A stretch of DNA of 64,000 bases. It comes from an uncultured Bacteroidota bacterium. Lineage in GTDB: Bacteria; Bacteroidota; Bacteroidia; Bacteroidales; UBA12481. Both the position numbers and the translations under genes were made by a program. A model generated the notes under the pieces. It was given only the letters and a program-made list of their open reading frames with translations, did no database searches and had not been told where the DNA came from. Below, piece by piece: positions 1 to 10,329 of the stretch. Within the stretch, counting starts at the first letter, position 1. Each line of letters begins with the position of its first letter. The stretch covers positions 30,227 through 94,226 of the forward strand of contig CAINOB010000020.1 of assembly GCA_903851365.1 (NCBI GenBank). Direction: 5' to 3'.

Positions 1-237
1 ATTGAACCAGGCACTCAACCAGGCAAAATTTTAAGATTGAGAGGAAAAGGTATTCCTGAACTGAATGGATATGGGAAGGGAGACCTATTGGTCAGGATCA
101 ATGTTTGGATACCAAAATCAATGACCAAAGAGGAAAAGCGGATTGTTGAAGAGCTTAATAGATCCTCCAATTTTGCTCCAAATCCGACTGCAGCTGAGAA
201 GAATGTATTTCGCCGGATGAAAGAGATGTTCGATTAA
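1..237 (+). CDS. dnaJ: Chaperone DnaJ, C-terminal fragment (5' end outside window)
   Basis: Frame 1 is open from base 1. The translation ...GKGIPELNGYGKGDLLVRINVWIPKSMTKEEKRIVEEL... matches the conserved DnaJ C-terminal region. Confidence 0.8.
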   Translation: MEPGTQPGKILRLRGKGIPELNGYGKGDLLVRINVWIPKSMTKEEKRIVEELNRSSNFAPNPTAAEKNVFRRMKEMFD

Positions 238-315
238 AGAAGAATTGTAACAAATAGGTTATTTAGTGGTCTTAAGGTCGGTTGAGAAACTTAAACTAAA
301 GTCATAAAGTCAAAT

Positions 316-1245
316 ATGAACAATTTCCTGATTGCCAATGGCATAGTCAAACAATTTTCGAATCATCTGGCCTTGGACAAGGTTAGCATGAACGTTCCGG
401 AAGGGAGTATCTTCGGCTTATTGGGACCAAATGGCGCCGGAAAAACGACATTAATCCGGATTATTACTCAGATTACTGCTCCGGACCAGGGTGAGGTACT
501 TTTTCGCGGGAAGAAAATGACAATGGAAGATATTTTTCATATTGGCTACCTACCTGAAGAGCGTGGTTTGTATAAAAAGATGAAAGTTGGAGAGCAAGCC
601 CTGTATTTAGTTCAACTCAAGGGAATGTCAAGAGCGGAAGGATTAAAAAAACTCAAATACTGGTTTGAAAAGTTTGAGATTCAGTCCTGGTGGGATAAAA
701 AGGTTGAGGAGTTATCGAAAGGGATGGCCCAAAAGGTTCAATTTATTGTGACGGTCTTGCATGATCCGAAGTTGTTGATCTTTGATGAACCTTTTACCGG
801 ATTCGACCCGATCAATACCAACCTGGTAAAGAATGAGATTTTAAGGTTGCGAGACAACGGAGCCACTGTTGTCTTTTCCACTCATATTATGTCCTCTGTG
901 GAAGAGCTATGTGACCATATTGCCCTCATAAATAAGGGGAAAAATATTCTTGAGGGGAACATTGATGAGGTCAGATCTCGTTTTAAACCTGATACTTATG
1001 AGTTAAAATTCAGGGGTGACTCGAAAACTCTAAAAGATGCTCTTGATGTCGGTTTTGAATTCGAGGAAGAACCTACTCGTGGAGATGTCGGTCATATCAT
1101 CATTAAACAACAACTGAAGATACCGGTCAGGGATATGGTGACTGCAATAAACTCCTCGGTTGATATCATTTCATTCGAAGAAGTTATACCGGGAATGAAT
1201 GATATTTTCATTCGGGCGGTTGAAGGAACTGATTATAAAGAATAA
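316..1245 (+). CDS. ABC transporter ATP-binding protein (ABC-2/NatA-like)
   Basis: Walker A GPNGAGKTT, signature-like LSKGMAQK and Walker B LLIFDEP. It is followed after 17 nt by an ABC-2 permease. Confidence 0.85.
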   Translation: MNNFLIANGIVKQFSNHLALDKVSMNVPEGSIFGLLGPNGAGKTTLIRIITQITAPDQGEVLFRGKKMTMEDIFHIGYLPEERGLYKKMKVGEQALYLVQLKGMSRAEGLKKLKYWFEKFEIQSWWDKKVEELSKGMAQKVQFIVTVLHDPKLLIFDEPFTGFDPINTNLVKNEILRLRDNGATVVFSTHIMSSVEELCDHIALINKGKNILEGNIDEVRSRFKPDTYELKFRGDSKTLKDALDVGFEFEEEPTRGDVGHIIIKQQLKIPVRDMVTAINSSVDIISFEEVIPGMNDIFIRAVEGTDYKE

Positions 1246-1262
1246 CCTACAGACTGGAAACA

Positions 1263-2597
1263 ATGAATAAAATAAACCTAATCATTCAGCGTGAGTATAC
1301 TACGCGGGTTAAAAAGAAGTCGTTTATTATCATGACCATTCTTACCCCGATACTCCTGGTGGCTTTATTATTTATACCAGGTTATCTTGCCACTAAAGAA
1401 GATAATCAGGCAAAAGTGATTGCTGTCATTGATAAAACCAATATCACAGAAGGAGCTATTGCAGAGTCAGATTACATGAAATTCAAATATATCACTGACA
1501 CTGAAGTTGAGACAATCAAGAAGGATTTTACCAAGAGCGGCTATTATGCAATACTATACATCCCTGAGAACATACTAATTTCCAATAAGGTTCAATTATA
1601 CTCCAACCAGCAGACAACAATTGGTGTAAATGAACATATCGTGAAGGCTCTAGACGGCTTTTTTACCAATATTAAGCTTAAGAAAGAGAATGTACCTATG
1701 GACATTATGAAACGAATAGCAACGAATATTAATGTCGATACAATTCAATGGACAAGCAGTGGTGAGGAGAAATCAGGCTCGGCAGAAATGGTTTTAGTAA
1801 TCGGTTATATATCCGGATTCTTAATGTACATGTTCATATTCATGTTCGGTGCACAGGTGATGCGTGGCGTGATGGAAGAGAAAACCAACCGGATTGTGGA
1901 AGTCATTATATCATCGGTCAAGCCTTTCCAGTTAATGATGGGAAAAGTTGTAGGCATTGCGCTTGTTGGATTAACTCAATTTGTCATCTGGATTGCACTC
2001 ACGTTTGGGATTTTTTACGGTGCCAAATTTGTGCTTTTAAAAAATTCTGGAGATCCGGCAGCCACATCGATCACTGCTAATATTATGGATAAGGCCAATT
2101 CGGGAGTTGCACAGGCACCTACGGGCCAATACCAGGAAATGTTCAAGCAGATTTCCGGAAAATTCTCAGCAGTCAATTTTCCACTGATCATTGGTTGTTT
2201 CCTGTTTTTCTTTATTGGTGGATACTTGTTGTATGCGTCACTTTTTGCCTCGGTTGGTTCAGCAGTTGACAATGACACTGACACACAACAATTTATGCTA
2301 CCTATCACCATTCCCATATTGTTAGGGTTGTTTGTCATGATGAATGCCATGCAATCTCCAAACAGCAGTATTGCGGTAATTTTTTCTCTCATTCCCCTCA
2401 CCTCCCCTATTGTCATGATGGCCAGGATCCCTTATGGGGTGCCGCCTTGGCAACTGGGTTTATCTGGAATTCTTTTGATCATCACTTTTATTGGTTCCAT
2501 CTGGATGGCTGGCAAGATATATCGGACAGGAATCCTGATGTATGGGAAAAAGGTGAATTATGCAGAGCTTTGGAAGTGGTTAAAGTATAAAAACTAA
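1263..2597 (+). CDS. ABC-2 family transporter permease (NatB-like)
   Basis: 444 aa with an N-terminal TM helix, a large extracytoplasmic loop and a C-terminal cluster of hydrophobic helices. It is adjacent to the ABC ATPase. Confidence 0.7.
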   Translation: MNKINLIIQREYTTRVKKKSFIIMTILTPILLVALLFIPGYLATKEDNQAKVIAVIDKTNITEGAIAESDYMKFKYITDTEVETIKKDFTKSGYYAILYIPENILISNKVQLYSNQQTTIGVNEHIVKALDGFFTNIKLKKENVPMDIMKRIATNINVDTIQWTSSGEEKSGSAEMVLVIGYISGFLMYMFIFMFGAQVMRGVMEEKTNRIVEVIISSVKPFQLMMGKVVGIALVGLTQFVIWIALTFGIFYGAKFVLLKNSGDPAATSITANIMDKANSGVAQAPTGQYQEMFKQISGKFSAVNFPLIIGCFLFFFIGGYLLYASLFASVGSAVDNDTDTQQFMLPITIPILLGLFVMMNAMQSPNSSIAVIFSLIPLTSPIVMMARIPYGVPPWQLGLSGILLIITFIGSIWMAGKIYRTGILMYGKKVNYAELWKWLKYKN

Positions 2598-3748
2598 TGG
2601 CATTAATACTGGTTATTGATGATGAGCGAAGTATCCGGAATACACTAAAAGAAGTTCTGGAGTATGAGAATCATCAGATTGACCTCGCGGAAGATGGGGT
2701 GATTGGACTGTCAATGATTCAAGAGAATCATTATGACATAGTCCTTTGCGACATCAAGATGCCAAAGATGGATGGTATTGAAGTTCTTGAGAAGATCTTT
2801 CAGATTACGACCGATGTACAGGTAATCATGATATCTGGTCATGGGACTGTTGATGCGGCAGTTGAAGCCATTAAGAAAGGGGCCTATGATTTCATCGAGA
2901 AGCCGCTGGATCTTAACCGATTGCTAATTGCAATCAGGAATGCGATGGATAAGACCAGTCTGCTCACCGAGACTAAGAGTTTAAAGAAAAAGGTAGCCAG
3001 AAATTATCAGATGATTGGGGAATCGCAGGCTATGAAAAAGATCAAAGAAATGATCGACCGAGTCGCCCCAACGGATGCAAGAGTATTGATTACCGGCTCA
3101 AATGGAACAGGCAAGGAGCTAGTTGCCAGACAATTGCATGAACAGAGCAATCGGGCCTGCGGACTATTTGTGGAAGTCAATTGTGCTGCAATACCATCGG
3201 AACTAATCGAAAGTGAGCTTTTTGGACATGAAAAAGGATCATTTACATCTGCATTCAAGCAAAGAAAAGGCAAATTCGAATTAGCGGATAAAGGGACCCT
3301 TTTCCTGGATGAGATTGGTGACATGAGCCTATCGGCGCAGGCCAAGGTATTAAGGGCGCTGCAGGAAGGTCGAATTACCAGGGTTGGTGGAGATAAAGAC
3401 ATTACTGTGGATGTCAGGGTAATTGCTGCCACCAATAAAAATCTTAAAGAAGAAATTGCAGAAAACCGTTTTAGAGAAGATCTATACCATCGTTTGGGGG
3501 TTATCATTATACAGGTTCCTCCATTAAAGGATCGTACGGATGATATTCCTTTGTTAGCGACGCATTTTATCGACCAAATTTGCTCAGAGATGGGAATGCC
3601 ACCAAAGCAGATCGATGACGATGCAGTAGAAGAGTTAAAGAAACTCCAATGGACAGGTAACATCCGTGAATTCAGGAATGTTATTGAAAGGCTTATCATT
3701 CTAGGAGGGCAGATTATCACGAGCGAAGATGTCAAGGTGTTTGCCTAA
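2597..3748 (+). CDS. Sigma-54-dependent response regulator (receiver + AAA+ domain, no C-terminal HTH)
   Basis: Receiver motif VLCDIKMPKMDG, Walker A GSNGTGKE, GAFTGA-position loop GSFTSA and Walker B LFLDEIGD. The protein ends shortly after NIREFRNVIERL. Its start overlaps the permease stop (TAATG). Confidence 0.8.
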   Translation: MALILVIDDERSIRNTLKEVLEYENHQIDLAEDGVIGLSMIQENHYDIVLCDIKMPKMDGIEVLEKIFQITTDVQVIMISGHGTVDAAVEAIKKGAYDFIEKPLDLNRLLIAIRNAMDKTSLLTETKSLKKKVARNYQMIGESQAMKKIKEMIDRVAPTDARVLITGSNGTGKELVARQLHEQSNRACGLFVEVNCAAIPSELIESELFGHEKGSFTSAFKQRKGKFELADKGTLFLDEIGDMSLSAQAKVLRALQEGRITRVGGDKDITVDVRVIAATNKNLKEEIAENRFREDLYHRLGVIIIQVPPLKDRTDDIPLLATHFIDQICSEMGMPPKQIDDDAVEELKKLQWTGNIREFRNVIERLIILGGQIITSEDVKVFA

Positions 3749-3788
3749 AACAGTACTGTTTGCTACCTTTGTTGAAACAGTTAACTGT

Positions 3789-4253
3789 ATGTTGAAAATT
3801 GCTGTCTTTCCGGGATCGTTTGATCCATTTACCAAAGGACATGAAAATGTGATCAGCAGGGCATTGCCTTTGTTTGATAAAATCCTGATCGCTATCGGGC
3901 ACAATTCGGAGAAGAGGAGTTTTTTTTCTCTGGAGAAGCGGTTAGCCATGATTGGGAAATTATATCAGGATGAACCCCGGATTGAGGTTACTTTTTATGA
4001 GGGGTTGACAGTAGATTATTGCAGACAGGTTAAGGCTCAGTACCTATTGAGGGGGTTGAGAACAGCTGCGGATTTTGAGTATGAGAGGGCCATAGCGCAG
4101 ATCAACAGGAAGATGAATCCAGAAGTTGAAACCGTATTTATTTTGGCAGTTCCCGAATTCACTCCTGTTAACTCTACAATAATCAGGGAAATACTTAAAT
4201 ATGGTGGAGACGCGAGTCAATTTCTGCCAGACAAGATGATTATCGGGGACTAA
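3789..4253 (+). CDS. coaD: Phosphopantetheine adenylyltransferase
   Basis: From the internal ATG at 3789 the product reads MLKIAVFPGSFDPFTKGHENV..., with the T/HxGH nucleotidyltransferase motif. The 20-codon upstream extension in the ORF track is unlikely to be real. Confidence 0.85.
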   Translation: MLKIAVFPGSFDPFTKGHENVISRALPLFDKILIAIGHNSEKRSFFSLEKRLAMIGKLYQDEPRIEVTFYEGLTVDYCRQVKAQYLLRGLRTAADFEYERAIAQINRKMNPEVETVFILAVPEFTPVNSTIIREILKYGGDASQFLPDKMIIGD

Positions 4254-4888
4254 TCACCAGCTTCCTGTTCTGAGCCCCAGGAAACATCACCAATCAATTC
4301 CGCTATCGATCTATACGTATTCTCCAATACCACATCAAATTGAGAGGGGACCAACCATGTTGCTTCCGAAATTCCCTCCTCCGTTTGCGGAATTGTCGCT
4401 AAATCGCCAAAATAATCCATTGCAAACCACCATGTCCTCTTGATTACCCTATTCCCTTCCAGTTTGTAAGTATGATAGGTTGAAGGCAGTTCGTTTAATA
4501 TTTTAAGATTTTCAATCCCACATTCTTCCTTAACCTCACGAAGTGCAGCATTGGAAGGAGATTCACCTTTTTCAATCTTACCTTTAGGAAGATCCCATTT
4601 ACCAAACCGTTTAATAAAGAGATATTTCCCTGAGGGATGACGAACAATACCACCTGCAGCCTCGATTATCTGATAGAAACTGATAAAAAGGTTAAAAAAA
4701 GCGTCTGGATCCTCACAGCAAACACAATAACTATGTATACCTGAAGTTTCGAATTGTGAAATCAATTCTGAAATAATGCTCCGATCAGGTCTGATTATAA
4801 CTTCCTTGCATACACCACCCAATGCCTGATCTGGAGTTGAGATTGACAAGAGACAGTCGTTGAAAAAAACTTTATACCTTTGGGTCAT
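4250..4888 (-). CDS. Nudix hydrolase with N-terminal extension domain
   Basis: Nudix box GKWDLPKGKIEKGESPSNAALREVKEECGI. The start is placed at Met36 of the track ORF (MTQRYKVFF). The alternative start at 4993 would overlap pyrE. Confidence 0.75.
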   Translation of the reverse strand: MTQRYKVFFNDCLLSISTPDQALGGVCKEVIIRPDRSIISELISQFETSGIHSYCVCCEDPDAFFNLFISFYQIIEAAGGIVRHPSGKYLFIKRFGKWDLPKGKIEKGESPSNAALREVKEECGIENLKILNELPSTYHTYKLEGNRVIKRTWWFAMDYFGDLATIPQTEEGISEATWLVPSQFDVVLENTYRSIAELIGDVSWGSEQEAGD

Positions 4889-5519
4889 GATGGACACAGA
4901 AAAGATGATTGCGTCGCTTTTATTGCAAATTAAAGCAATAAAGCTGTCTCCGGCAAGTCCGTTCACCTGGGCTTCGGGGTGGAAATCACCCATTTATTGT
5001 GATAACCGTAAAACTTTATCCTATCCTTTAGTTCGTAAAACAATCAGCGAAGAGTTTGCTCTGAGGATTAAGGATGAATATCCTGATACAGAATTGATTG
5101 CAGGTGTCGCTACAGGTGCAATTGCGCATGGTATTCTTGTTGCTGAAGCAATGGATTTGCCATTTGTATATGTTCGTCCTGAAGCAAAAGGTCATGGGTT
5201 AGGGAATCAGATTGAGGGTGATTATAAGGAAGGAATGAGGACTGTGATCATTGAGGACTTGATTTCAACCGGAGGTAGCAGCCTGGCTGCTTTTAGAGCA
5301 TTACAATCTGCCGGGTTGAATGTTCTCGGGATGCTAGCTATTTTCACGTACGGATTTCCAATATCCGAGGAGAATTTCAGAATGGCTGGTTGCCGGATAG
5401 GAACACTCAGCAATTATGGCAGTCTTTTGAGTCTTGCACTCCAGACCGGTGACATTTTACCAGAGCAAGAAGAGTTATTACAACAATGGAGAAAAAACCC
5501 GGAACTCTGGGGACGTTGA
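4887..5519 (+). CDS. pyrE: Orotate phosphoribosyltransferase
   Basis: PFTWASGWKSPIYCDNRKTLSYP and the PRPP-binding loop VIIEDLISTGGSS. The start is chosen at MMDTEK by the usual N-terminal length; 4860 and 4890 are alternatives. Confidence 0.85.
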   Translation: MMDTEKMIASLLLQIKAIKLSPASPFTWASGWKSPIYCDNRKTLSYPLVRKTISEEFALRIKDEYPDTELIAGVATGAIAHGILVAEAMDLPFVYVRPEAKGHGLGNQIEGDYKEGMRTVIIEDLISTGGSSLAAFRALQSAGLNVLGMLAIFTYGFPISEENFRMAGCRIGTLSNYGSLLSLALQTGDILPEQEELLQQWRKNPELWGR

Positions 5520-5529
5520 CAACAATTCT

Positions 5530-6267
5530 CTACAGGACGTATTCAATTTCCTGGTAAGCAAATGTTCGAACTTCACCGGATTCAGTTTGGACTATGAGGT
5601 GTCCGTATTCTGAAACTGCGGTTATTTTAGCAATGAACTTTTCATTTCCTGCTTTAAACTCCGAAAATTCCTCAAATCGATATAACTTATCTAGATATTG
5701 GGTATTAATTAAATCGATCCGGCCCGCCTCGAGCAATGAATATTTATTTATAAATGAGTCAATGAGAAGTGTCTCAAGCTCAACAAGGTCATATTCAATA
5801 TTGGTTAAAAGCCTAAGTGAGATAGGATTGGGGATATTTTTTAAGAAATCAATCTGGTTAATATTAAGCCCGATGCCTAAAATAGCATGTTCAATATAAT
5901 TACCCAGAATTGCTGTTTCAATGAGTATTCCTCCAATTTTTTTATCTTTTGCGTATAAGTCATTTGGCCATTTAATACTCACATTTTCAATGAAAAGTTC
6001 AAGAAAATCTGATGCGGCCAAAGCGAAGGTTTTTGAGAGGATAAATTGATCCGAAGCGCCAAATTTTTCAGGAAAAACGACCAGCGTGCCAGTCAAGTTT
6101 TTACCCGGCTCGGTGATCCATGTTTTACTTCCCTGACCTTTTCCGGCAAACTGTTCATCGGTACGAACCCAAAATGGCTCCTTTTTCGTTTCCTTAGAAA
6201 CTAAACCAACAGCATACAAATTTGTAGAATTCAGTCTTTTAGAAAAATACTTTGCTGGTTGTTGCAT
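5530..6267 (-). CDS. birA: Biotin--[acetyl-CoA-carboxylase] ligase (group I, no HTH)
   Basis: GKGQGSKTW (a variant of the GRGRxGRxW loop), KWPNDLY and GIGLNINQ motifs. 245 aa. Confidence 0.75.
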   Translation of the reverse strand: MQQPAKYFSKRLNSTNLYAVGLVSKETKKEPFWVRTDEQFAGKGQGSKTWITEPGKNLTGTLVVFPEKFGASDQFILSKTFALAASDFLELFIENVSIKWPNDLYAKDKKIGGILIETAILGNYIEHAILGIGLNINQIDFLKNIPNPISLRLLTNIEYDLVELETLLIDSFINKYSLLEAGRIDLINTQYLDKLYRFEEFSEFKAGNEKFIAKITAVSEYGHLIVQTESGEVRTFAYQEIEYVL

Positions 6268-6372
6268 GGAAGCTCAATTTACTGACTAAATTTACGCAAA
6301 ATTAAATGATCGTGTTAAAGCGGCAACCATGTTTAGTTAAGTGGTTGATACTGAGCAAAAGAAAAAGAAAAT

Positions 6373-6744
6373 ATGAAGAAAAAACTTGATGATCCTGATT
6401 ATAATGCATTATTGGAGATAATTATTGAAGCAATACGTTCAAAAAAAGGAGAAGCGATAACATTTCTGGATCTCACACATCTGAACACAACAATCAGCAG
6501 AAGTTTTCTAATTGCGCATGCCGGATCTACGGTTCAGGCAAAGGCTATTGCTGAGGGTGTTGAGGATCAGGTAAGAGAAAAAACAAAGAGAAAGCCATAT
6601 CATCGTGAAGGATTTGACAATTCACAATGGATTTTACTTGATTACGGTGATGTAATAGTTCATATTTTCCAAAAACCTTTCCGGGATTTTTATAATCTTG
6701 AGGAACTTTGGGCCGATGGTCACCGGACAGATTTTGCATCGTGA
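6373..6744 (+). CDS. rsfS: Ribosome silencing factor RsfS
   Basis: 123 aa with DYGDVIVHIFQKPFRDFYNLEELW, typical of RsfS/IojAP. It has the conserved position upstream of ftsH. Confidence 0.8.
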   Translation: MKKKLDDPDYNALLEIIIEAIRSKKGEAITFLDLTHLNTTISRSFLIAHAGSTVQAKAIAEGVEDQVREKTKRKPYHREGFDNSQWILLDYGDVIVHIFQKPFRDFYNLEELWADGHRTDFAS

Positions 6745-6826
6745 CAATAATTTCTGATGATGGTATAATAATTGACGAAACAATTCTTTATTCCTAATTA
6801 CCACTATCCGGAAAGAAACTGAAAAA

Positions 6827-8854
6827 ATGGCAGACGATAATATTACATCCAAACAAAAACCATCCACCGGTCCAAAAGGACAATCGGGTGATCCGCTGAA
6901 AAAGAAACCCAGATTCAACATTATGTGGGTTTACGCTATCATTGTGCTAGGCATTTTTGCTGTAGCCACATTCAATAAGGGAGGTAAACCCCAGAAAACC
7001 GACTGGAAAGAATTCAGAGAAGAAATGCTAAAAACCGGCGATGTAGAAAAGCTGGTTGTTGTTAATAATGAGTCTGTTGAAATTTACATTAAGCCAGATC
7101 GGCTCAATGATCCCAAATTTCAAAAAATGTTCAAAAACCGTTTTGTTACGGTGTCAGAGCGCGGTCCTCAGTTTTATTTTCAGATCAACTCAATTGAGAT
7201 TTTCGACAAAAGGCTAGAAGAGATAAATGCCGAATTACCAGCTGATCAACGTGTTGAGTATTCGGTCGATAAGCGAACCGATGTATTAATGCAGGTATTA
7301 AGCTGGGTTATTCCCTTTGGGCTCCTCATCGGATTTTACCTGTTCATTTTCAGGAGGATGAGTAATCCAGGTGGTGGCGGCGGAGCTGGTTCAATTTTTA
7401 GTGTTGGGAAGAGTAAAGCGAAGATTTTCAACAAAGAGGAAGATAACATCAATGTCACCTTCAAGGATGTAGCAGGATTAGCTGAAGCAAAAATTGAAAT
7501 CATGGAGATTGTCGATTTCCTAAAAAGTCCTTTAAAATACACTCAGCTTGGTGGAAAGATTCCAAAAGGAGCATTGTTGGTTGGGCCTCCGGGAACAGGT
7601 AAAACTTTAATAGCCAAGGCAGTTGCGGGTGAAGCAAATGTCCCTTTCTTTTCGATGTCTGGATCTGATTTTGTCGAGATGTTCGTCGGTGTTGGGGCAT
7701 CAAGGGTCCGTGACCTTTTCAAACAGGCAAAAGAAAAGGCTCCATGCATTGTTTTTATTGATGAAATTGATGCGATTGGAAGGGCACGAGGCAGAAATGT
7801 TAATTTCGGATCAAATGATGAACGTGAAAATACGCTTAATCAGCTCCTTACTGAAATGGATGGATTTGCATCCAATTCGGGGGTGATCTTATTGGCTGCA
7901 ACAAACCGTGCTGATATTCTTGACAAAGCGCTTTTAAGGGCCGGTCGTTTCGACAGACAGATTCACGTTGAATTACCCGATCTCAATGAACGTAAGGAGA
8001 TCTTTCAGGTTCACCTCAGAAATGTCAAATATGATCCGGAATTAGACATTGATTTCTTTGCCAGGCAAACACCAGGGTTCAGTGGTGCTGACATTGCAAA
8101 TGTTTGCAATGAATCGGCACTTATTGCTGCCCGTCGCGAGAAGAAGATGGTTGAAAGGCAAGATTTCCTTGATGCAGTTGACCGAATCATTGGTGGATTA
8201 GAAAAGAAAAATAAAATTATTTCTTCCGATGAGAAGCGAGCCATAGCCTATCACGAGGCAGGTCATGCAACAGTTAGCTGGTTACTGGAATATGCTTATC
8301 CATTAGTTAAAATAACTATCGTTCCGAGGGGAAAAGCGCTTGGCGCAGCCTGGTACCTGCCAGATGAACGCCAGCTAACAACCACAGAACAGATTCTTGA
8401 TGAAATAGCTTCGGCACTTGCCGGGCGAGCTGCAGAAGAGCTTTGTTTTGGCAAGATCTCAACTGGTGCCTTAAATGATCTGGAACGTGTTACCAAACAA
8501 GCTTATGCAATGGTTACATATTTTGGCATGAGTGATAAAATTGGCAAATTGAGTTACTATGATTCATCTGGGCAGTCTGAGTACAATTTCAGTAAACCCT
8601 ATAGTGAAAAGACTGCGGAGCTTATCGATACAGAAGCCAAGCAAATCATAGATGACGCTTATGAACGTGCCAAGAAGATCCTGATTGAAAATGCCGCCGG
8701 TCATATGGCGATTTCAGAGATGCTTTTAGAGAAGGAAGTATTATTCGCGGAAGATATGGAGAAGGTCTTTGGACCAAGAAAAGGTCATAAACCTGAAAGC
8801 GTTGCACCAACACCTGCTCCAACACCGTTACCTGCACCTGAAATTCATGAATAG
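6827..8854 (+). CDS. ftsH: ATP-dependent zinc metalloprotease FtsH
   Basis: Two N-terminal TM segments, Walker A GPPGTGKT, Walker [13 protein letters not shown] region and zinc motif HEAGHA. Confidence 0.95.
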   Translation: MADDNITSKQKPSTGPKGQSGDPLKKKPRFNIMWVYAIIVLGIFAVATFNKGGKPQKTDWKEFREEMLKTGDVEKLVVVNNESVEIYIKPDRLNDPKFQKMFKNRFVTVSERGPQFYFQINSIEIFDKRLEEINAELPADQRVEYSVDKRTDVLMQVLSWVIPFGLLIGFYLFIFRRMSNPGGGGGAGSIFSVGKSKAKIFNKEEDNINVTFKDVAGLAEAKIEIMEIVDFLKSPLKYTQLGGKIPKGALLVGPPGTGKTLIAKAVAGEANVPFFSMSGSDFVEMFVGVGASRVRDLFKQAKEKAPCIVFIDEIDAIGRARGRNVNFGSNDERENTLNQLLTEMDGFASNSGVILLAATNRADILDKALLRAGRFDRQIHVELPDLNERKEIFQVHLRNVKYDPELDIDFFARQTPGFSGADIANVCNESALIAARREKKMVERQDFLDAVDRIIGGLEKKNKIISSDEKRAIAYHEAGHATVSWLLEYAYPLVKITIVPRGKALGAAWYLPDERQLTTTEQILDEIASALAGRAAEELCFGKISTGALNDLERVTKQAYAMVTYFGMSDKIGKLSYYDSSGQSEYNFSKPYSEKTAELIDTEAKQIIDDAYERAKKILIENAAGHMAISEMLLEKEVLFAEDMEKVFGPRKGHKPESVAPTPAPTPLPAPEIHE

Positions 8855-8857
8855 ATA

Positions 8858-9517
8858 ATGATGGAAGTCAGGGACTCAAGGAGGATTATTCTTGATAAAA
8901 TCAAGGCTGCCAAAAACAATCAGGAAGACAGAGTTAAGACTTCGTTTCCAAAATTTAAGCACGATTCGCTTCAGTATCTAAATGATATTGAGGACCATCC
9001 GGAGATGGAATTTGCCCGTAACCTTGTTCAGGTTAAGGGCAAATTTGCATATTGCGCGAATCAAAAAGAATTGGTTCTTGCCCTGCGAATCCTGTATCAT
9101 GAAGAGCAATGGGAAAAGATATTCTGCGCTGAACCGTCAATCCGTGAATATATTGACCGGGCCGGCATACCCTATTCATCTGATTTGGATTCTTTAAAGG
9201 ATACGGAAGCAGCAATTACAGGATGTGAATTTTTAGTTGCTCGAACCGGAAGTATTATGGTGTCGTCGTCTCAGGGATCTGGCCGCAGAGTATTCGGGCA
9301 TGCCCCAGTTCATATTGTTATAGGAAGGGCATCTCAGGTAGTTAATGAAATTGGCGACGCTTTAAGCGGCATAAAAGGGAAATATGGCGAAATGCCATCT
9401 CAGGTTTCATTGATTACAGGACCAAGCCGGACCGCTGATATCGAAAAAACTCTTGTCCTCGGAGCGCATGGTCCCCGTGATCTCTTTGTGTTTTTACTAA
9501 ACGATTTTCAGATTTGA
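8858..9517 (+). CDS. LUD-domain (LutC/YkgG-like) protein
   Basis: 219 aa. ITGCEFLVARTGSIMVSSS resembles the LUD-domain core. It lies 4 nt after ftsH and overlaps cdsA by 4 nt. Confidence 0.6.
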   Translation: MMEVRDSRRIILDKIKAAKNNQEDRVKTSFPKFKHDSLQYLNDIEDHPEMEFARNLVQVKGKFAYCANQKELVLALRILYHEEQWEKIFCAEPSIREYIDRAGIPYSSDLDSLKDTEAAITGCEFLVARTGSIMVSSSQGSGRRVFGHAPVHIVIGRASQVVNEIGDALSGIKGKYGEMPSQVSLITGPSRTADIEKTLVLGAHGPRDLFVFLLNDFQI

Positions 9518-10329
9518 AAGAGTTCCTGATACGCACAGTTTCCGGGCTGATTTATGCAGCTGTTATGATCGGTTCGATCATGGTGCATCCACTCGTTTTT
9601 CTTGCTGTTTTTCTGTTTATTTTAATTTTGGGCATGACCGAATTTTATCGAATGTGCTCCACTGAAGAAAAGCGGCCCATGGTTATTCCAGGTATTGCAG
9701 CAGGGATAATAATCTTTTTGGCCATTTTTTTTACGAAATATTCCTCAGCTGACAGCAGAATTCTATTTCTCATACCGGTTTCAGCATTGATTCTTATTGT
9801 TCTGCCGATGTTTCGGGTTAAGGATCATGCGATATGGACATCAGCATTAACATTTCTTGGGATTATATATGTCAGCCTTCCCGTTTCAGTATTCAATCTT
9901 TTAGTTTATCACCCCTATAAAGAAGGATTTAATTATCAGGTAGTCCTGTTCCTTTTTCTGATTTTATGGTTAAATGATACTGGAGCTTATATTAGTGGAA
10001 AACTGACTGGCAAGCATAAGATGTTCCCCAGAATCTCACCAAAAAAATCATGGGAAGGATTTGCAGGAGGATTACTGATGGCACTTTTAGTTACCTGGTT
10101 AAGCAAACCTCTGTTTCCAGATATTCCATCCGGACACCTTTGGATACTTTGCCCCATCATTGTAATAACAGGCACATTAGGGGACTTAGTTGAATCAGGC
10201 TGGAAACGCGCCTCAGGTGTCAAAGACTCTGGCAAGTTAATGCCCGGTCACGGTGGGATTCTGGATCGTTTTGACAGTCTCATTCTTGCAGCCCCAGCGG
10301 TTTATATCACTTTAAAATTACTAACATGA
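9514..10329 (+). CDS. cdsA: Phosphatidate cytidylyltransferase
   Basis: Polytopic membrane protein with the CdsA signature SGWKRASGVKDSGKLMPGHGGILDRFDS. Confidence 0.85.
   Translation: MKEFLIRTVSGLIYAAVMIGSIMVHPLVFLAVFLFILILGMTEFYRMCSTEEKRPMVIPGIAAGIIIFLAIFFTKYSSADSRILFLIPVSALILIVLPMFRVKDHAIWTSALTFLGIIYVSLPVSVFNLLVYHPYKEGFNYQVVLFLFLILWLNDTGAYISGKLTGKHKMFPRISPKKSWEGFAGGLLMALLVTWLSKPLFPDIPSGHLWILCPIIVITGTLGDLVESGWKRASGVKDSGKLMPGHGGILDRFDSLILAAPAVYITLKLLT

Noticed and set aside
3007-3735. Long antisense ORFs inside well-supported genes: 3007-3735, 2015-2416, 25466-26092, 36468-37028, 44099-44491, 52447-52902, 57870-58367, 59591-59986 and 60746-61141.
   Set aside because: These are shadow frames opposite strongly conserved coding sequence. 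Their compositions are low-complexity or Ser/Leu/Arg-rich, with no motifs, signals or independent starts or terminators.
6307-6390. 27-codon + strand ORF (MIVLKRQPCLVKWLILSKRKRKYEEKT) in the birA/rsfS intergenic region, overlapping the rsfS start.
   Set aside because: It has no supporting structure, no amino-acid bias and no hydrophobic helix, and it overlaps the start of a conserved gene out of frame. It is probably fortuitous.
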